From Candidatus Multivoradales bacterium (GTDB lineage Bacteria; Acidobacteriota; Thermoanaerobaculia; Multivoradales; Multivoraceae), in assembly GCA_965223325.1 (NCBI GenBank), contig CBDCWI010000002.1, forward strand, positions 4,448,001 through 4,512,000: a stretch of DNA of 64,000 bases, in the 5' to 3' direction. The position numbers and the translations under genes are program-made. The notes beneath the pieces were generated by a model that ran no database searches, had not been told where the DNA came from, and worked only from the letters and a program-made list of their open reading frames with translations. This document shows positions 27,159-37,082 of this stretch, piece by piece (the first letter of the stretch is position 1; the number at the start of each line of letters is the position of its first letter).

Positions 27159-29975
27159 TCACCGTGTGGTTCTTGACATCTGCAAGACTTCGGCAACTTC
27201 ATCCCGGCCTTCCAGGCCATTGCCTGCGGGGCAGTCGATCCGGAGGAGCAGATTCTGTTGTCTTCTCAGTCGGGTCTCGGCCCAGGCTAAAACCTCCTCC
27301 TCCTGAGAGAAGAGAATGACCTGGCGTTGGGTGCTCTCCGCTAACAACAGGTCGAGGATGGCCTGAGTCCGGTCAGCATCGGAGTGTACGGTGACGTCGT
27401 CCAAGAAGACCGGCGCTATCTCTTCCGTCGTGACGAGAGTCTCGGCCAGAGCGAGGCGCAACAGTAGGTAGATCTGTTCTGCAGTTCCGTGGGAGAGGTG
27501 TGGTGCCGTCCGCCACTGGCCGTCTGCGTCTTGGGCTTGAATCTCGAGGCTCGCCGGATCGATTCGCGCGTCGACGTAGCGCTCGCTCGTAGCTTTGCCA
27601 ATGTGGCGAGAGATGATGGCCGAGAGCCTGGGCGCGATGTCCCGTTGGATCTCGTCCTTCGCCTCGGCCAGGAAGGTAGCTGTTCTCTCGAGGATCGCAT
27701 CCAGTTCTTCGAGTCGCTCGAGATCGGCACGAGCGGCAGCGTGCTGTTCTTCAGCTTCTGCGACGTCTGGCTTGGCGCTCTCGAACTCCTGGATCTTCCC
27801 CTTCAGCTGTTCCGCTTCGTTCTGGGCTTCCCGGAGCCGCACATCCGAGCGGTCGGCGGCTTCTTGGAGCCTCCCGACGGGTCCCGGTGGGACGGACGGC
27901 CAGGGGAGGGGACCAAGCTCGCGCTCGTAGTCGGCGAGACGCTCTTCGAGCTCCAGAAGGCTCGAGGGCCCGAGAAGGCCGCAAAGTCGCTCGAAGGCTT
28001 CACGGCTTCGGTCGAGCTCCTGGTCCTGCTTGTCGAGCTGGAGGAGCCTGGCTTCGAGCTTCCCCGCCAAGGAATCACCTGGTTCTCCATCGATTCCTAG
28101 TCGTCTTGCCGCTTGCACGAGCTTCTGCTCCAGCCGCATCGCACGTCCCTGTTGTTGCGCGTACGCTTCCTCCTGGCGTCGGCGAAGCTCGAGGTTTTCT
28201 GCGAGGTCGCTCCGGCGGGCGGCAAGGACAGCCAGCTCCCGGTTCGTTCGACATTGCCCGGCGTAGTCCACCGCCAGCTGTCGGAGGTCGAGATCTTCGA
28301 TCCTCGGATCGTCGAGGCCGCGCTGCAGTAGTTCTTTGCGAAGTCCGTGGGCGGCGTCTTCGAAGGCTCGGGAGTACTGCTGCTCCATGAGCTTCCATTT
28401 GTCGTACTGCTCCTGCTGGAGGTGGGTATCGTCGACGGCGGACGCGAGGCGCCGAAGATCCTGTGGGGCCGTGGGGAGCCCGTTCGCTGCCAGGCGTCTC
28501 CTGGCGTCTTCCTGAGCACTCTCTACTTCTGTTCGACGATCTCGTTGCACCTCGAGTCGAGTTGCCAGGGAGCTCGTCCGTTGCTGGCCCGATTGCCCCG
28601 CTAGCAGCAACCATGCGGTAGCTGCACCAGTGAGGAGGCCGGCGATAGCCGATGCTCCGGCTCCAGGGTTTGTTCCAGAGGAAAACAGGACAATCGCTAG
28701 GACAACCAGCGTAGTCGTGAAGCTCGCCATGGCCCACGAGGCTTTGCGCCGCTGAACGCCAGCCTCACGAAGGTCCTCAAGCTGGCGTTCGAGCTCGGAG
28801 TCGACATCAGGCAGTAGCCTCTCGAGACTCTCGGCGTAGACACGCAACTCCGGCCCCGTGGGGAGTCCCGATTCATGGGCCTCGACGGGGGGCCGAAAAG
28901 ACTGGTTGCGGTGTACCTCGAGCTCTCGCTTGCAGGAGTCGTAGGTGGCTAGTGCCGTCTCGACCTCGGGTGCTACCTCGGTGTCTCCCTGGGGTGGGAA
29001 CGGTAGTGAAGCGAGCTCCTGTTCGATGTCTGCGGCAGATGGCCCCGAGTCTGGGGGCACCGGCATCGACCGTCCTCGCCAGGTGGCCAGAACGTCGCTG
29101 ATAGAGCGCCGCTGATCCGAAGTCGAGTCGCCCGTTGGTGGTGCACCATCGGGGAATTGCGACTGGAGGACCCGGATTTCCTGGACCTTCTCCGACAGCG
29201 AAGCGGCCTTCGCAACCAGGACGACTCGTCTGGCCTCGTCGTACGCTCTCTGAAGTCGGACGACGTCCTCTTCGCTCTCGCTCAGATCGTCGAGTAGTTG
29301 CAGAAAGCGCTCGTGTTCGACTCGCGCCATCTCAAGATGGGACTCCGTGCTCCGAAGTTGCTCGACCGCGGCTGGCAGAGGCTTGGAAGACCCGCGCCGC
29401 CTCATGCCGACGTTTTCGGAGCGAAACTCCTTGACGCATCGAAGAGCCGCTTCGGCCGTAGCGTCGGAATTGCCCGCGATCGCCGCCTTCTGCAACTGCT
29501 CTTGAAAGTCTTCCGGATGAGACAAGACCTCGAGGAGTTCCGCCTGTCTGACGCAGACGGTGCCACCGAAGATTTGGCGATTCAAACCGAGGACTCCTGA
29601 GGCGTCGGCTGAACCCTCGAAGATGTACCGACTCGTGAGATCGCGTCCGGTTGCCGCGTCCGTGATCTTGCTTCCCGCCGGATCGGCGAGGTCCTGGAGG
29701 ACCTCCAGGACGTTGCCGTCGTCCAACTCGACAAGGACCAGGACCTTCCAGTCCGCACGGCCCCATGGCTGGTGACGCTGCACCAGGGCTTCATCCGCCC
29801 TTGCTCGTCGTCCACGGGCTCTCTTCATGCCGCAGAGACCAAGTTGGATCGCAGCATGCCAGCTCGACTTCCCTGCTTCGTTTCCACCCCAGATCAGAGT
29901 GAACCCGGGTGCGAGCTCCAGCTCCTGATCCGAGAAAGGGCCGAACGATATAGCGCGTACGGAGAGCACCCTCAT
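27159..29975 (-). CDS. Rad50/SbcC-like (YhaN-type) SMC ATPase with internal hydrophobic segments
   Basis: Walker A GGNEAGKSS, long coiled coil, LSHGTAEQIYL signature, FLDD Walker B. Confidence 0.85.
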   Translation of the reverse strand: MRVLSVRAISFGPFSDQELELAPGFTLIWGGNEAGKSSWHAAIQLGLCGMKRARGRRARADEALVQRHQPWGRADWKVLVLVELDDGNVLEVLQDLADPAGSKITDAATGRDLTSRYIFEGSADASGVLGLNRQIFGGTVCVRQAELLEVLSHPEDFQEQLQKAAIAGNSDATAEAALRCVKEFRSENVGMRRRGSSKPLPAAVEQLRSTESHLEMARVEHERFLQLLDDLSESEEDVVRLQRAYDEARRVVLVAKAASLSEKVQEIRVLQSQFPDGAPPTGDSTSDQRRSISDVLATWRGRSMPVPPDSGPSAADIEQELASLPFPPQGDTEVAPEVETALATYDSCKRELEVHRNQSFRPPVEAHESGLPTGPELRVYAESLERLLPDVDSELERQLEDLREAGVQRRKASWAMASFTTTLVVLAIVLFSSGTNPGAGASAIAGLLTGAATAWLLLAGQSGQQRTSSLATRLEVQRDRRTEVESAQEDARRRLAANGLPTAPQDLRRLASAVDDTHLQQEQYDKWKLMEQQYSRAFEDAAHGLRKELLQRGLDDPRIEDLDLRQLAVDYAGQCRTNRELAVLAARRSDLAENLELRRRQEEAYAQQQGRAMRLEQKLVQAARRLGIDGEPGDSLAGKLEARLLQLDKQDQELDRSREAFERLCGLLGPSSLLELEERLADYERELGPLPWPSVPPGPVGRLQEAADRSDVRLREAQNEAEQLKGKIQEFESAKPDVAEAEEQHAAARADLERLEELDAILERTATFLAEAKDEIQRDIAPRLSAIISRHIGKATSERYVDARIDPASLEIQAQDADGQWRTAPHLSHGTAEQIYLLLRLALAETLVTTEEIAPVFLDDVTVHSDADRTQAILDLLLAESTQRQVILFSQEEEVLAWAETRLRRQQNLLLRIDCPAGNGLEGRDEVAEVLQMSRTTR

Positions 29976-31069
29976 GGCGGGGCCTCCAGATCAGAGCGCC
30001 CATCGAGAGCACGTAGGCCGGTGATCAGGATCCGCGCCTTCATGTCCTCCGATAGTTCCTGGTCGGCCCGGACCTTGGAGACGAAGCGGCCTCGAACTGT
30101 GGGTTCCTTCTCGAGGCCATCCAGGTCGTAGCCCGGTTGGAGGCCCTGCGACCGGAGTACGATCTGTTCCACGTCGCCGGTCGGGCTGGATAGGCGCTCG
30201 AGGTTGAGATCTATATGGGCAGACAGTTCACCTTTGAGAGTGACCCGGACGACGCCTTTCAGGTGCCTCAGTTCGCCCGAGATCAGCTCGCGTAGCTCGT
30301 CGCAGTGATTGCACGACGTGAGGTCGATGAAGACATCATGCACCTCCGAGACGGCTACAGAGAATCGCTCCCGCGAGATGACCCCGTCGGAGCCGATCTG
30401 GGCGACTACCATCCCACGGTTCCCTGTCTCCCCGAAGGCGAGGGGGTCTGGGTTGCCTGGGTAGGTGAAAAGGTCCTGGTCGGCCGGAGCGTGGTAGTGG
30501 CCTACGAATGCATGCTGAAAGCCGGCCCTTTCGATGTCGGGGCTTTCGAACGGCGCGTGGGGCGCTTGGGAGGCCGTCGCCGGAACGGAGCTGGAGTCTG
30601 CTCCGTGGAAGAGGGCGACGTGGGTGGAGCCGGGCGGGGTTCTGAAGCCACCGAAGAAGGAATCGCAGCGTGTGGGTCCGGTGAACGCTGCGCCCCAGAG
30701 ACAGAGACCGCCTGCGAGTTCTGTCGACTGAAACTCACCCGTCTTGAAAAGGTGTACGTTCGAAGACCATGAGACCTGATGGTAGAGGCTATTCGGCCCG
30801 TACCAGTCGTGGTTTCCGGGACTGATGTAGATCGGGAGCGGGGTGTCTCCGAAGGAAGTGCGAAGGAACTCTCGAGTATCGGGTGACACGCGGTCGTGCT
30901 CATAGAGATCTCCCGCACACAGGATAGCGTCGACTCGCTGCTCCTGGGCGAGATTCAGGATCCTTCTCAAGCAGGCACGGAGAGCGCCGCGACGACGTTT
31001 CGCCACATCGCGTTTTGCCCAGGCAAAGGGGGAATCGAGATGGAGATCAGCGAAGATGGCGAGTCGCAT
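29972..31069 (-). CDS. Mre11/SbcD-like (YhaO-type) metallophosphoesterase nuclease
   Basis: ADLHL, AGDLYE, PGNHD, FHG, VGHYH motifs; 4-bp overlap with the ATPase gene. Confidence 0.9.
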   Translation of the reverse strand: MRLAIFADLHLDSPFAWAKRDVAKRRRGALRACLRRILNLAQEQRVDAILCAGDLYEHDRVSPDTREFLRTSFGDTPLPIYISPGNHDWYGPNSLYHQVSWSSNVHLFKTGEFQSTELAGGLCLWGAAFTGPTRCDSFFGGFRTPPGSTHVALFHGADSSSVPATASQAPHAPFESPDIERAGFQHAFVGHYHAPADQDLFTYPGNPDPLAFGETGNRGMVVAQIGSDGVISRERFSVAVSEVHDVFIDLTSCNHCDELRELISGELRHLKGVVRVTLKGELSAHIDLNLERLSSPTGDVEQIVLRSQGLQPGYDLDGLEKEPTVRGRFVSKVRADQELSEDMKARILITGLRALDGRSDLEAPP

Positions 31070-31419
31070 GGGTGTGCTCCACGTCCCTTTGTGATGGGAT
31101 CTGTTCGGAACGAGGGAAAGAGTTTCGCGTAGGAGACATAGTTACCCCCCAAGTGCTGGGTGGTTGATGAGAATGCCGATACGCTGCGCGGCGTGGCACA
31201 GCCGAAACATAGGAACGATCGAGAATCTCGAAGCGAGCCCGAAGCAGTGCTCGAGTTCTCCAGGGCGAGGCAGACGCTCGGGAAAGCGGAGCGGAGCAAC
31301 GGCCATGAGGGCGTTCCTTTGGGAGGAACCGCGCCTTCCTGGTCTGAAGTTGACCAGGGTCATTTGCCCGTAGGAGCTGGGCGTGCTGGAGAGTCTAGGG
31401 AGAGAAAGGCGGGCGGCTG

Positions 31420-31485
31420 GAATAACTAGAAACATTAGAAACATTAGTAATTCTGGAATTACTCGAAACAGATAAAATCTATATG
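31420..31485. promoter_or_regulatory. AT-rich regulatory-like patch
   Basis: Tandem tagaaacat x2 and palindrome GTAATTC-tg-GAATTAC. Confidence 0.45.
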
Positions 31486-31565
31486 AAAAGAGGGTTGCCG
31501 TCAATCGTTGCGAGATTCGAGGTTCGCGGCGATGGTGGCTGTAGAGGCTGGTCATTGAAGTGGGC

Positions 31566-31618
31566 CGCATGGCTATGAAACATAGGTGCCTGGATCCTCT
31601 CCCGAGGCGAAGCCTCGG
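31566..31618 (+). repeat. Solo family-A end in right-end orientation
   Basis: cgcatggctatgaaacataggtgcctggatcctctcccgaggcgaagcctcgg. Confidence 0.85.
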
Positions 31619-31798
31619 GAAGCACGAGAGCCTCGACGTGACCTGGCCGAACTGAGGGAGTGCCGCGGTTGCCAGCGAAGCGAAGTACTACGCCAGCGGG
31701 CCCCTTCAGAGTCTCGAGCTCGGAAGCGGCCTCGACGAACTCCGCAACTACGATGAGCGCTACTACCCGGCCAGGATTCGAGTGGGGACCGATCCTCG

Positions 31799-33389
31799 CC
31801 GAGGCTTCGCCTCGCCTCGGCGACGTTCCAGGCACCTATGTTTCACTGCCATGCGAGGGTTCACGCCCCCGCCAAGGCTTCGCCTCGGCGATGTTCCAGG
31901 CACCTATGATTCACAGCCATGCGAGGTTCACGCGCCTGCCGAGATTCACGAGTGTCAGCGGCCATCAGAAAGTGAGCCACCCCGCCTTCAGCGGCGTTAG
32001 TACGCCACGTGACGCCCCGCGAGCCGCTTAGAACAACGGCACTCGAAGGTGGAGGCCGTAACAAGAGCGGAGATTCTCGGGAGGTACGACAACCAGTTCG
32101 CCAAACAACGACAGCTTCCTCCCCATGCGTTTCGCCAAGCCCAGGATCTACACGCCCAACCGCGTCGTCGAAGTCACCACGCGCTGCCTCCAGTCGCGTT
32201 TCCTCCTGCGCCCGAGCAAAGAAGTCAACAACGAGATCATCGCCGTCCTGGCTCGTGCGCAGCGGCTCTACGGAGTGAGCGTCCACGCCTTCTGGTTCGG
32301 CTCAAACCACTGCCATCTCTTGCTGTCCGCCGCATCGCAGTGGCACATCTCGCGCTTCATGGGTTTCACCAACGGAAACATCGCGAGACGAGTTGGCCGG
32401 TTGCAGCGCTGGCGCGAGCGGTTCTGGTGTCGCCGCTACCAGGGCATCGAACTCACCGACGAGCCGCAGGCCGCCTACCAGCGCCTGCGCTACGTCTTGG
32501 CGCAGGGCTGCAAAGAAGGGCTGATTGATTCGCCGCTTGACTGGCCCGGTGTGACGAGTGCTCGCGCTCTTGCCGACGGTTCGATGAAGCTCTCGGGCGT
32601 CTGGCTAGATCGCACTGGCTTGTACCACGAGCGCGTCCGTCGAGGAGTTATCGGCCCGCGATCCAAACAGCTGAGCCGGAGCGAGCGTCGCGAGGCGAAT
32701 CGCAAGATCGACATCACCGAGTTCGAGACGCTCGAGGAGCTCACTCTCGAGCCCCTGCCGCACTTTGCAGACTTGAGCGCCGCGGCCTACCGCAAGATGC
32801 TCGTTTCGATGATCGAAGACATCGAGGAAGAGACAGGCCAACGCCTCGATCTCGAAGGTGGGCGGAGCATGGGGCGCGAGAAGATCCTCGCCCAGGACCC
32901 TCACGCCGCTCCGCGCCATTCGAAGCGCAGCCCCGCCCCGGCCTGCCACGCCCACACCCGGGAACAGCGCGTCGCGTTCATCGTCAACCGCTGGCGTTTT
33001 GTTGTGGCGTACAGGAGGGCGGCGCGTAGGTTGCGTTCGGGTGAGGAGAACGTCGCGCTCCCGCGAGGTTGCTTCCCGCCGCGTGGCGCGTTCGTTCCGC
33101 ACGCGGCTCGCGCTCCTGGATAGACGAGTTTCAGCGCAGCGTCTTCCGCGTCGGCGATCACGAGGTCGCGGCGCGAGCTATGGCTTTGGTTGTTGCGCTG
33201 GCGACTCGCGGGCGGTTCGGGGCGTGACCGGGCCCTGGCGACCAGTCGTTTCGCGCGAATCGGTTAGCGCGTGCTCAGCAAAGCGGTGAGTTTCGCGCCG
33301 GAGTCTGCCTCGTGAATCTGGGTATGCCCCTGAAGCTCGCTTGGCACCGAAACATAGTTGCCTGGAACGTCTCCGAGGCGAAGCCTCGG
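31799..33389 (+). mobile_element. Family-A HUH element copy A4 with tandemly doubled left end
   Basis: Left-end unit occurs at ~31799 and ~31872; right end ccgaggcgaagcctcgg. Confidence 0.9.
32125..33123 (+). CDS. RAYT-like Y1 HUH transposase, family A
   Basis: Intact 332 aa. Confidence 0.8.
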   Translation: MRFAKPRIYTPNRVVEVTTRCLQSRFLLRPSKEVNNEIIAVLARAQRLYGVSVHAFWFGSNHCHLLLSAASQWHISRFMGFTNGNIARRVGRLQRWRERFWCRRYQGIELTDEPQAAYQRLRYVLAQGCKEGLIDSPLDWPGVTSARALADGSMKLSGVWLDRTGLYHERVRRGVIGPRSKQLSRSERREANRKIDITEFETLEELTLEPLPHFADLSAAAYRKMLVSMIEDIEEETGQRLDLEGGRSMGREKILAQDPHAAPRHSKRSPAPACHAHTREQRVAFIVNRWRFVVAYRRAARRLRSGEENVALPRGCFPPRGAFVPHAARAPG

Positions 33390-33394
33390 CGTGG

Positions 33395-33780
33395 GGCCCG
33401 GGAATGAACTGGTTGGAGACCTGGACGTCGCGGATCTCGAGGAGGGTTCGCAGACTCCCGTTCAACTCCGGGGGGTCGTCATCTACGACGCCTTCTTGCT
33501 GAACACGAAGTTCGGCTTGACCCTTTCCAAGAAGAAGGCGGCTTTCGATCTCTCCACGATCATTCAGGTGCTCGAGTCGCACGATAAGCGCGTAGACATG
33601 CGGGTGAGTTTGCTCGATGGCGACGAAGTGCTCGCGACTGTTCTCAAGAAGGGAATCGACGCCGAGGAGGAGAAGGTCAAGAAGGTCGATCTCCGGCTTC
33701 GGACGGAGCGCGAGCTGTACGAGCGCGCGGTTAATTCAGGCGGCGGTCGACTTCGGCTGGAGATGAAGGTGCGAGAGTAG
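33395..33780 (+). pseudogene. Duplicate of the 3' part of the 6039-7016 gene
   Basis: Matches 6631-7016 (offset 26764). Confidence 0.9.
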
Positions 33781-33913
33781 TTCAGAGCCTAAGGGTCGAG
33801 CCAGTCTGAACCGCCCGATCGGGGTGGTCGGTGTTCGTTGGCGTCCCCAGGGAGTCGTCGGCCGCGTCACACTGTAGCTACGGGTACCGTCATTCGCCCT
33901 GGCGGCGTTCCGC

Positions 33914-35437
33914 GCCTGGCGGCTTTCAAGGCACCTATGTTTCACAGCCATTCGAGGTTCACGCGCCTGCCGAGATTCACGAGCGTCAGCGGCCATCTGG
34001 AAAGTGAGCCACCTTGCCTCCAGCGGCGTGCCACCGGCGTAGTACTGCCACGCGACGCCCCGCGAGCCGCTTGGAACAACGGCACTCGAAGGTGGGGGCC
34101 GTAACAAGAGCGCAGATTCTCGGGAGGTACGACTACCAGTTCGCCAAACAACGGCAGCTTCCTCCCCATGCGTTTCGCCAAGCCCAGGATCTACACGCCC
34201 AACCGCGTCGTCGAAGTCACCACGCGCTGCCTCCAGTCGCGTTTCCTCCTGCGCCCGAGCAAAGAAGTCAACAACGAGATCATCGCCGGCTCGTGCGCAG
34301 CGGCTCTACGGAGTGAGCGTCCACGCCTTCTGGTTCGGCTCAAACCACTGCCACCTCTTGCTGTCTGCCGCATCGCAGTGGCACATCTCGCGCCTCATGG
34401 GTTTCACCAACGGAAACATCGCGAGACGAGTTGGCCGGTTGCAGCGTTGGCAGCGAGCGGTTCTGGTGTCGCCGCTACCAGGGCATCGAACTCACCGCGG
34501 AGCCTCAAGCGGCGTTCCAGCGCCTGCGCTACGTCATGGCGCAGGGCTGCAAAGAAGGGCTGATTGAATCGCCGCTTGACTGGCCCGGTGTGACGAGTGC
34601 TCGGGCTCTTGCCGACGGTTCGATGAAGCTCTCGGGCGTCTGGCTAGATCGCACCGGCTTGTACCACGAGCGCGTCCGCCGAGGAGTTATAGGCCCGCGA
34701 TCCAAACAGCTGAGCCGGAGCGAGCGTCGCGAGGCGAGTCGCAAGATCGACATCACCGAGTTCGAGACGGTCGAGGAGCTCACTCTCGAGCTTCTGCCGC
34801 ACTTTGCCGAGCTGAGCGCCGAGGCCTACCGCAAGATGCTCGTCTCGATGATCGAAGACATCGAGGAAGAGACAGGCCAACGCCTCGATCTCGAAGGTGG
34901 GCGGAGCATGGGACGCGAGAAGATCCTCGCCCAGGACCCTCACGCCGCTCCGCGGCAGTCGAAGCGCAGTCCCGCCCCGGCCTGCCACGCCCACACCCGG
35001 GAACAGCGCGTCGCGTTCATCGTCAACCGCTGGCATTTCGTTGTGGCGTACAGGAGGGCGGCGAGTAGGTTGCGTTCGGGTGAGGAGAACGTCGCGTTCC
35101 CGCGAGGTTGCTTTCCGCCGCGTGGCGCGTTCGTTCCGCACGCGGCTCGCGCTCCTGGATAGAAGGACTTCAGTGTTGCGTCTATTGGGACGGCGATCAC
35201 GAGATCGCGGCGCGAGCTATGGCGCAGTCAACCGCGCAGCGGCTTGGACTGGCTTGGACGGTGGTTTGAGGTGTGATCGAGCCGCGTTGAGGGGGTGTGT
35301 GGAGCGGATCTGCTTGCGCATGTTCAGTATGGCCACGGGCTTGGCTCCGGGATCCGGCTCGTGAATCCCGGCATGCGCGTGAACCTCGCATGGCTGTGAA
35401 ACATAGTTGCCTGCAACGTCTCGAGGCGAAGCCTCGG
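33914..35437 (+). mobile_element. Family-A HUH element copy A5 (same frameshifts as A1; CDS 34168-35162)
   Basis: ORF track translations match A1 except near the C-terminus; 3' UTR closer to A3. Confidence 0.85.
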
Positions 35438-35442
35438 GGGGG

Positions 35443-35990
35443 GGACGAGACCCGGGCGCGCCACGAGAGGGGACTAGGCCTCGCGGTGCCTACAAGACGA
35501 CACAGGTGAGTCCGATGCGCCGTCCGAGGAAGCTCGATTGGGGGCCGAGGCCTCGGGTCATCGCGTCGGACTCGTACGAGCGCAATCGGCTGCTTTCGGT
35601 GTTCGATGCAGTGAGGCGAGCGCATCGCGCGGCGCGCGATCTTCTGTGGGGTGGTGACCTGGAGGCGCGGTTTCCCCCCGGAACTTTCCCAAGCCCGCTG
35701 CCGTTTGTGGCCCTGGAAGTGCCTGGGCCGGGTGCACGCGACGGTCCCTGACGGCCCAGGCCACCGGCGAAGAGGTTGAGGGGGACGCACCGATCGGTGT
35801 GTTGGCGGAGCTCCGTTTGTCGGGCGGAGTACCGACGTTCAGGAGTGGCGAAGGCGAGGTTTCTGCCTTCGTCACCGCCCTTCGAGGTCGGAGAAGAGGG
35901 CGATGGAGCGCGCGAAGGCTCGGCGCTTCGTCCAGTCCAGCGTTGCCGTCAAGACTTACCCCCGACCGTGCGCGGCATCGCCGCGCGATC
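35443..35990 (+). mobile_element. 5'-truncated family-B element
   Basis: Follows a G9 run; canonical right end. Confidence 0.9.
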
Positions 35991-36259
35991 AAGAGTCGGT
36001 TCAGCCACGGGCTCTGCGCGCATGCCTCCAGAGCAATGCCTCTGCATGTGCGATCGGCGAAGAAGCGCCGCATGCGCTCTTGCGTCGTGGGAATCTCGCA
36101 GCGCTCTACGACCGCGCCCTCTTCGGAGATCTCACAGATCGCACTGGTCTTCACATGGACGTCGATGCCAAAGTAACTCATGGTCGGTCTCCTTCCGTGC
36201 CTGTTACCGAGCTGACCACTTTGTCAGCTGCCTGGGAGGCCGACCGACTCATTTTATCT
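35991..36259 (-). mobile_element. IS110-family remnant: leader plus transposase N-terminus (start 36181)
   Basis: MSYFGIDVHVK...IALEA (first D and E of the DEDD RuvC-like domain); AAGGAG RBS; clipped at a B end. Confidence 0.85.
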
Positions 36260-36288
36260 GGAACGTCGCCGGAACGTCTCCGAGGCGA

Positions 36289-36354
36289 GTACAATTATGT
36301 GGACGTGAGCGGCGGTTTTCGCTGTCTTCAATTCCATTGAATAACACGTTGGGC
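36289..36354 (+). other. attI-like site preceding the first cassette
   Basis: Non-palindromic AT-richer tract ending GTTGGGC, complementary to the GCCCAAC of the next attC; homologous copy inverted at 42409-42474. Confidence 0.5.
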
Positions 36355-36381
36355 GTCACTTAACCGAACGAGGGAAGAGAC

Positions 36382-36975
36382 ATGAGGAAGGTTCAATCGA
36401 TCACAGTAGCCGTGCTTCTTGCGCTTGCGGTGGTGCCACCGCCGGCAATAGGGCAAGATCTTCAGACGACAACTACTGATGGCGGCAGCGTCGTCACCGA
36501 TCTCGGTTACAGCATTAAGATCAACGAGAAGTCGTCCTTACGGAGGACCCTCGTTGTCATCAATGATCCGAGTTGTCCCTTGCAGCTCTCGGAGGCCGGA
36601 ATCAACATTGAGTACAACGACCGGAGCTACAGCTACAGGCCCACTGGAACAGCCACGGCACAAGGTGCGCTGTCTGCCATCGAGGTTCGATATCTACTGT
36701 TCGACATGTTCGGAAACCACTTCAAAACACTTTCGGCTACCAAGGCGGCTGATCTAGGTAGCGGCAGTGCGCTCCAGCTCAAGGAGATAGGCTCCTGGCG
36801 TGCGTGGGAAAATGAGGTTTCTGAACTGCTCACTATCGTTGCGTTCGTCGGCCACGTTCGCGATTCTGATGGATCCGTTTGGAGGCACAGAGCCGACCCC
36901 ATAAACGACGAACTAAACAAGATTCGACTTCGAGTCACAACGGGGGACCTCGATCCGACCAAGGACGCGAGGTGA
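36382..36975 (+). CDS. Integron cassette gene, exported hypothetical protein
   Basis: Signal peptide; bounded by GTTGGGC and an attC. Confidence 0.8.
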   Translation: MRKVQSITVAVLLALAVVPPPAIGQDLQTTTTDGGSVVTDLGYSIKINEKSSLRRTLVVINDPSCPLQLSEAGINIEYNDRSYSYRPTGTATAQGALSAIEVRYLLFDMFGNHFKTLSATKAADLGSGSALQLKEIGSWRAWENEVSELLTIVAFVGHVRDSDGSVWRHRADPINDELNKIRLRVTTGDLDPTKDAR

Positions 36976-36976
36976 G

Positions 36977-37060
36977 GCCCAACAAAGCGCCTCCACTTGA
37001 CTCGTGCCCGCGCTCGCTTCGCTCGCCCGGCCACGAGCAAGTGAGGCTCGCTCGTTAGGC
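36977..37060 (+). other. attC site (complete, 84 bp)
   Basis: GCCCAAC-5 nt-GCCTCCAC...GTGAGGC-6 nt-GTTAGGC with internal stem ctcgtg/cacgag and an extrahelical base. Confidence 0.85.
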
Positions 37061-37082
37061 CTCCAGGCAACGAGATCAATTC

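Noticed and set aside
31142-31570. 142-aa ORF over the AT-rich patch
   Set aside because: Atypical composition, starts inside an element end; more likely intergenic
35558-36181. 207-aa ORF as a complete IS110 transposase
   Set aside because: Only the first ~64 aa are IS110; the rest is antisense B end
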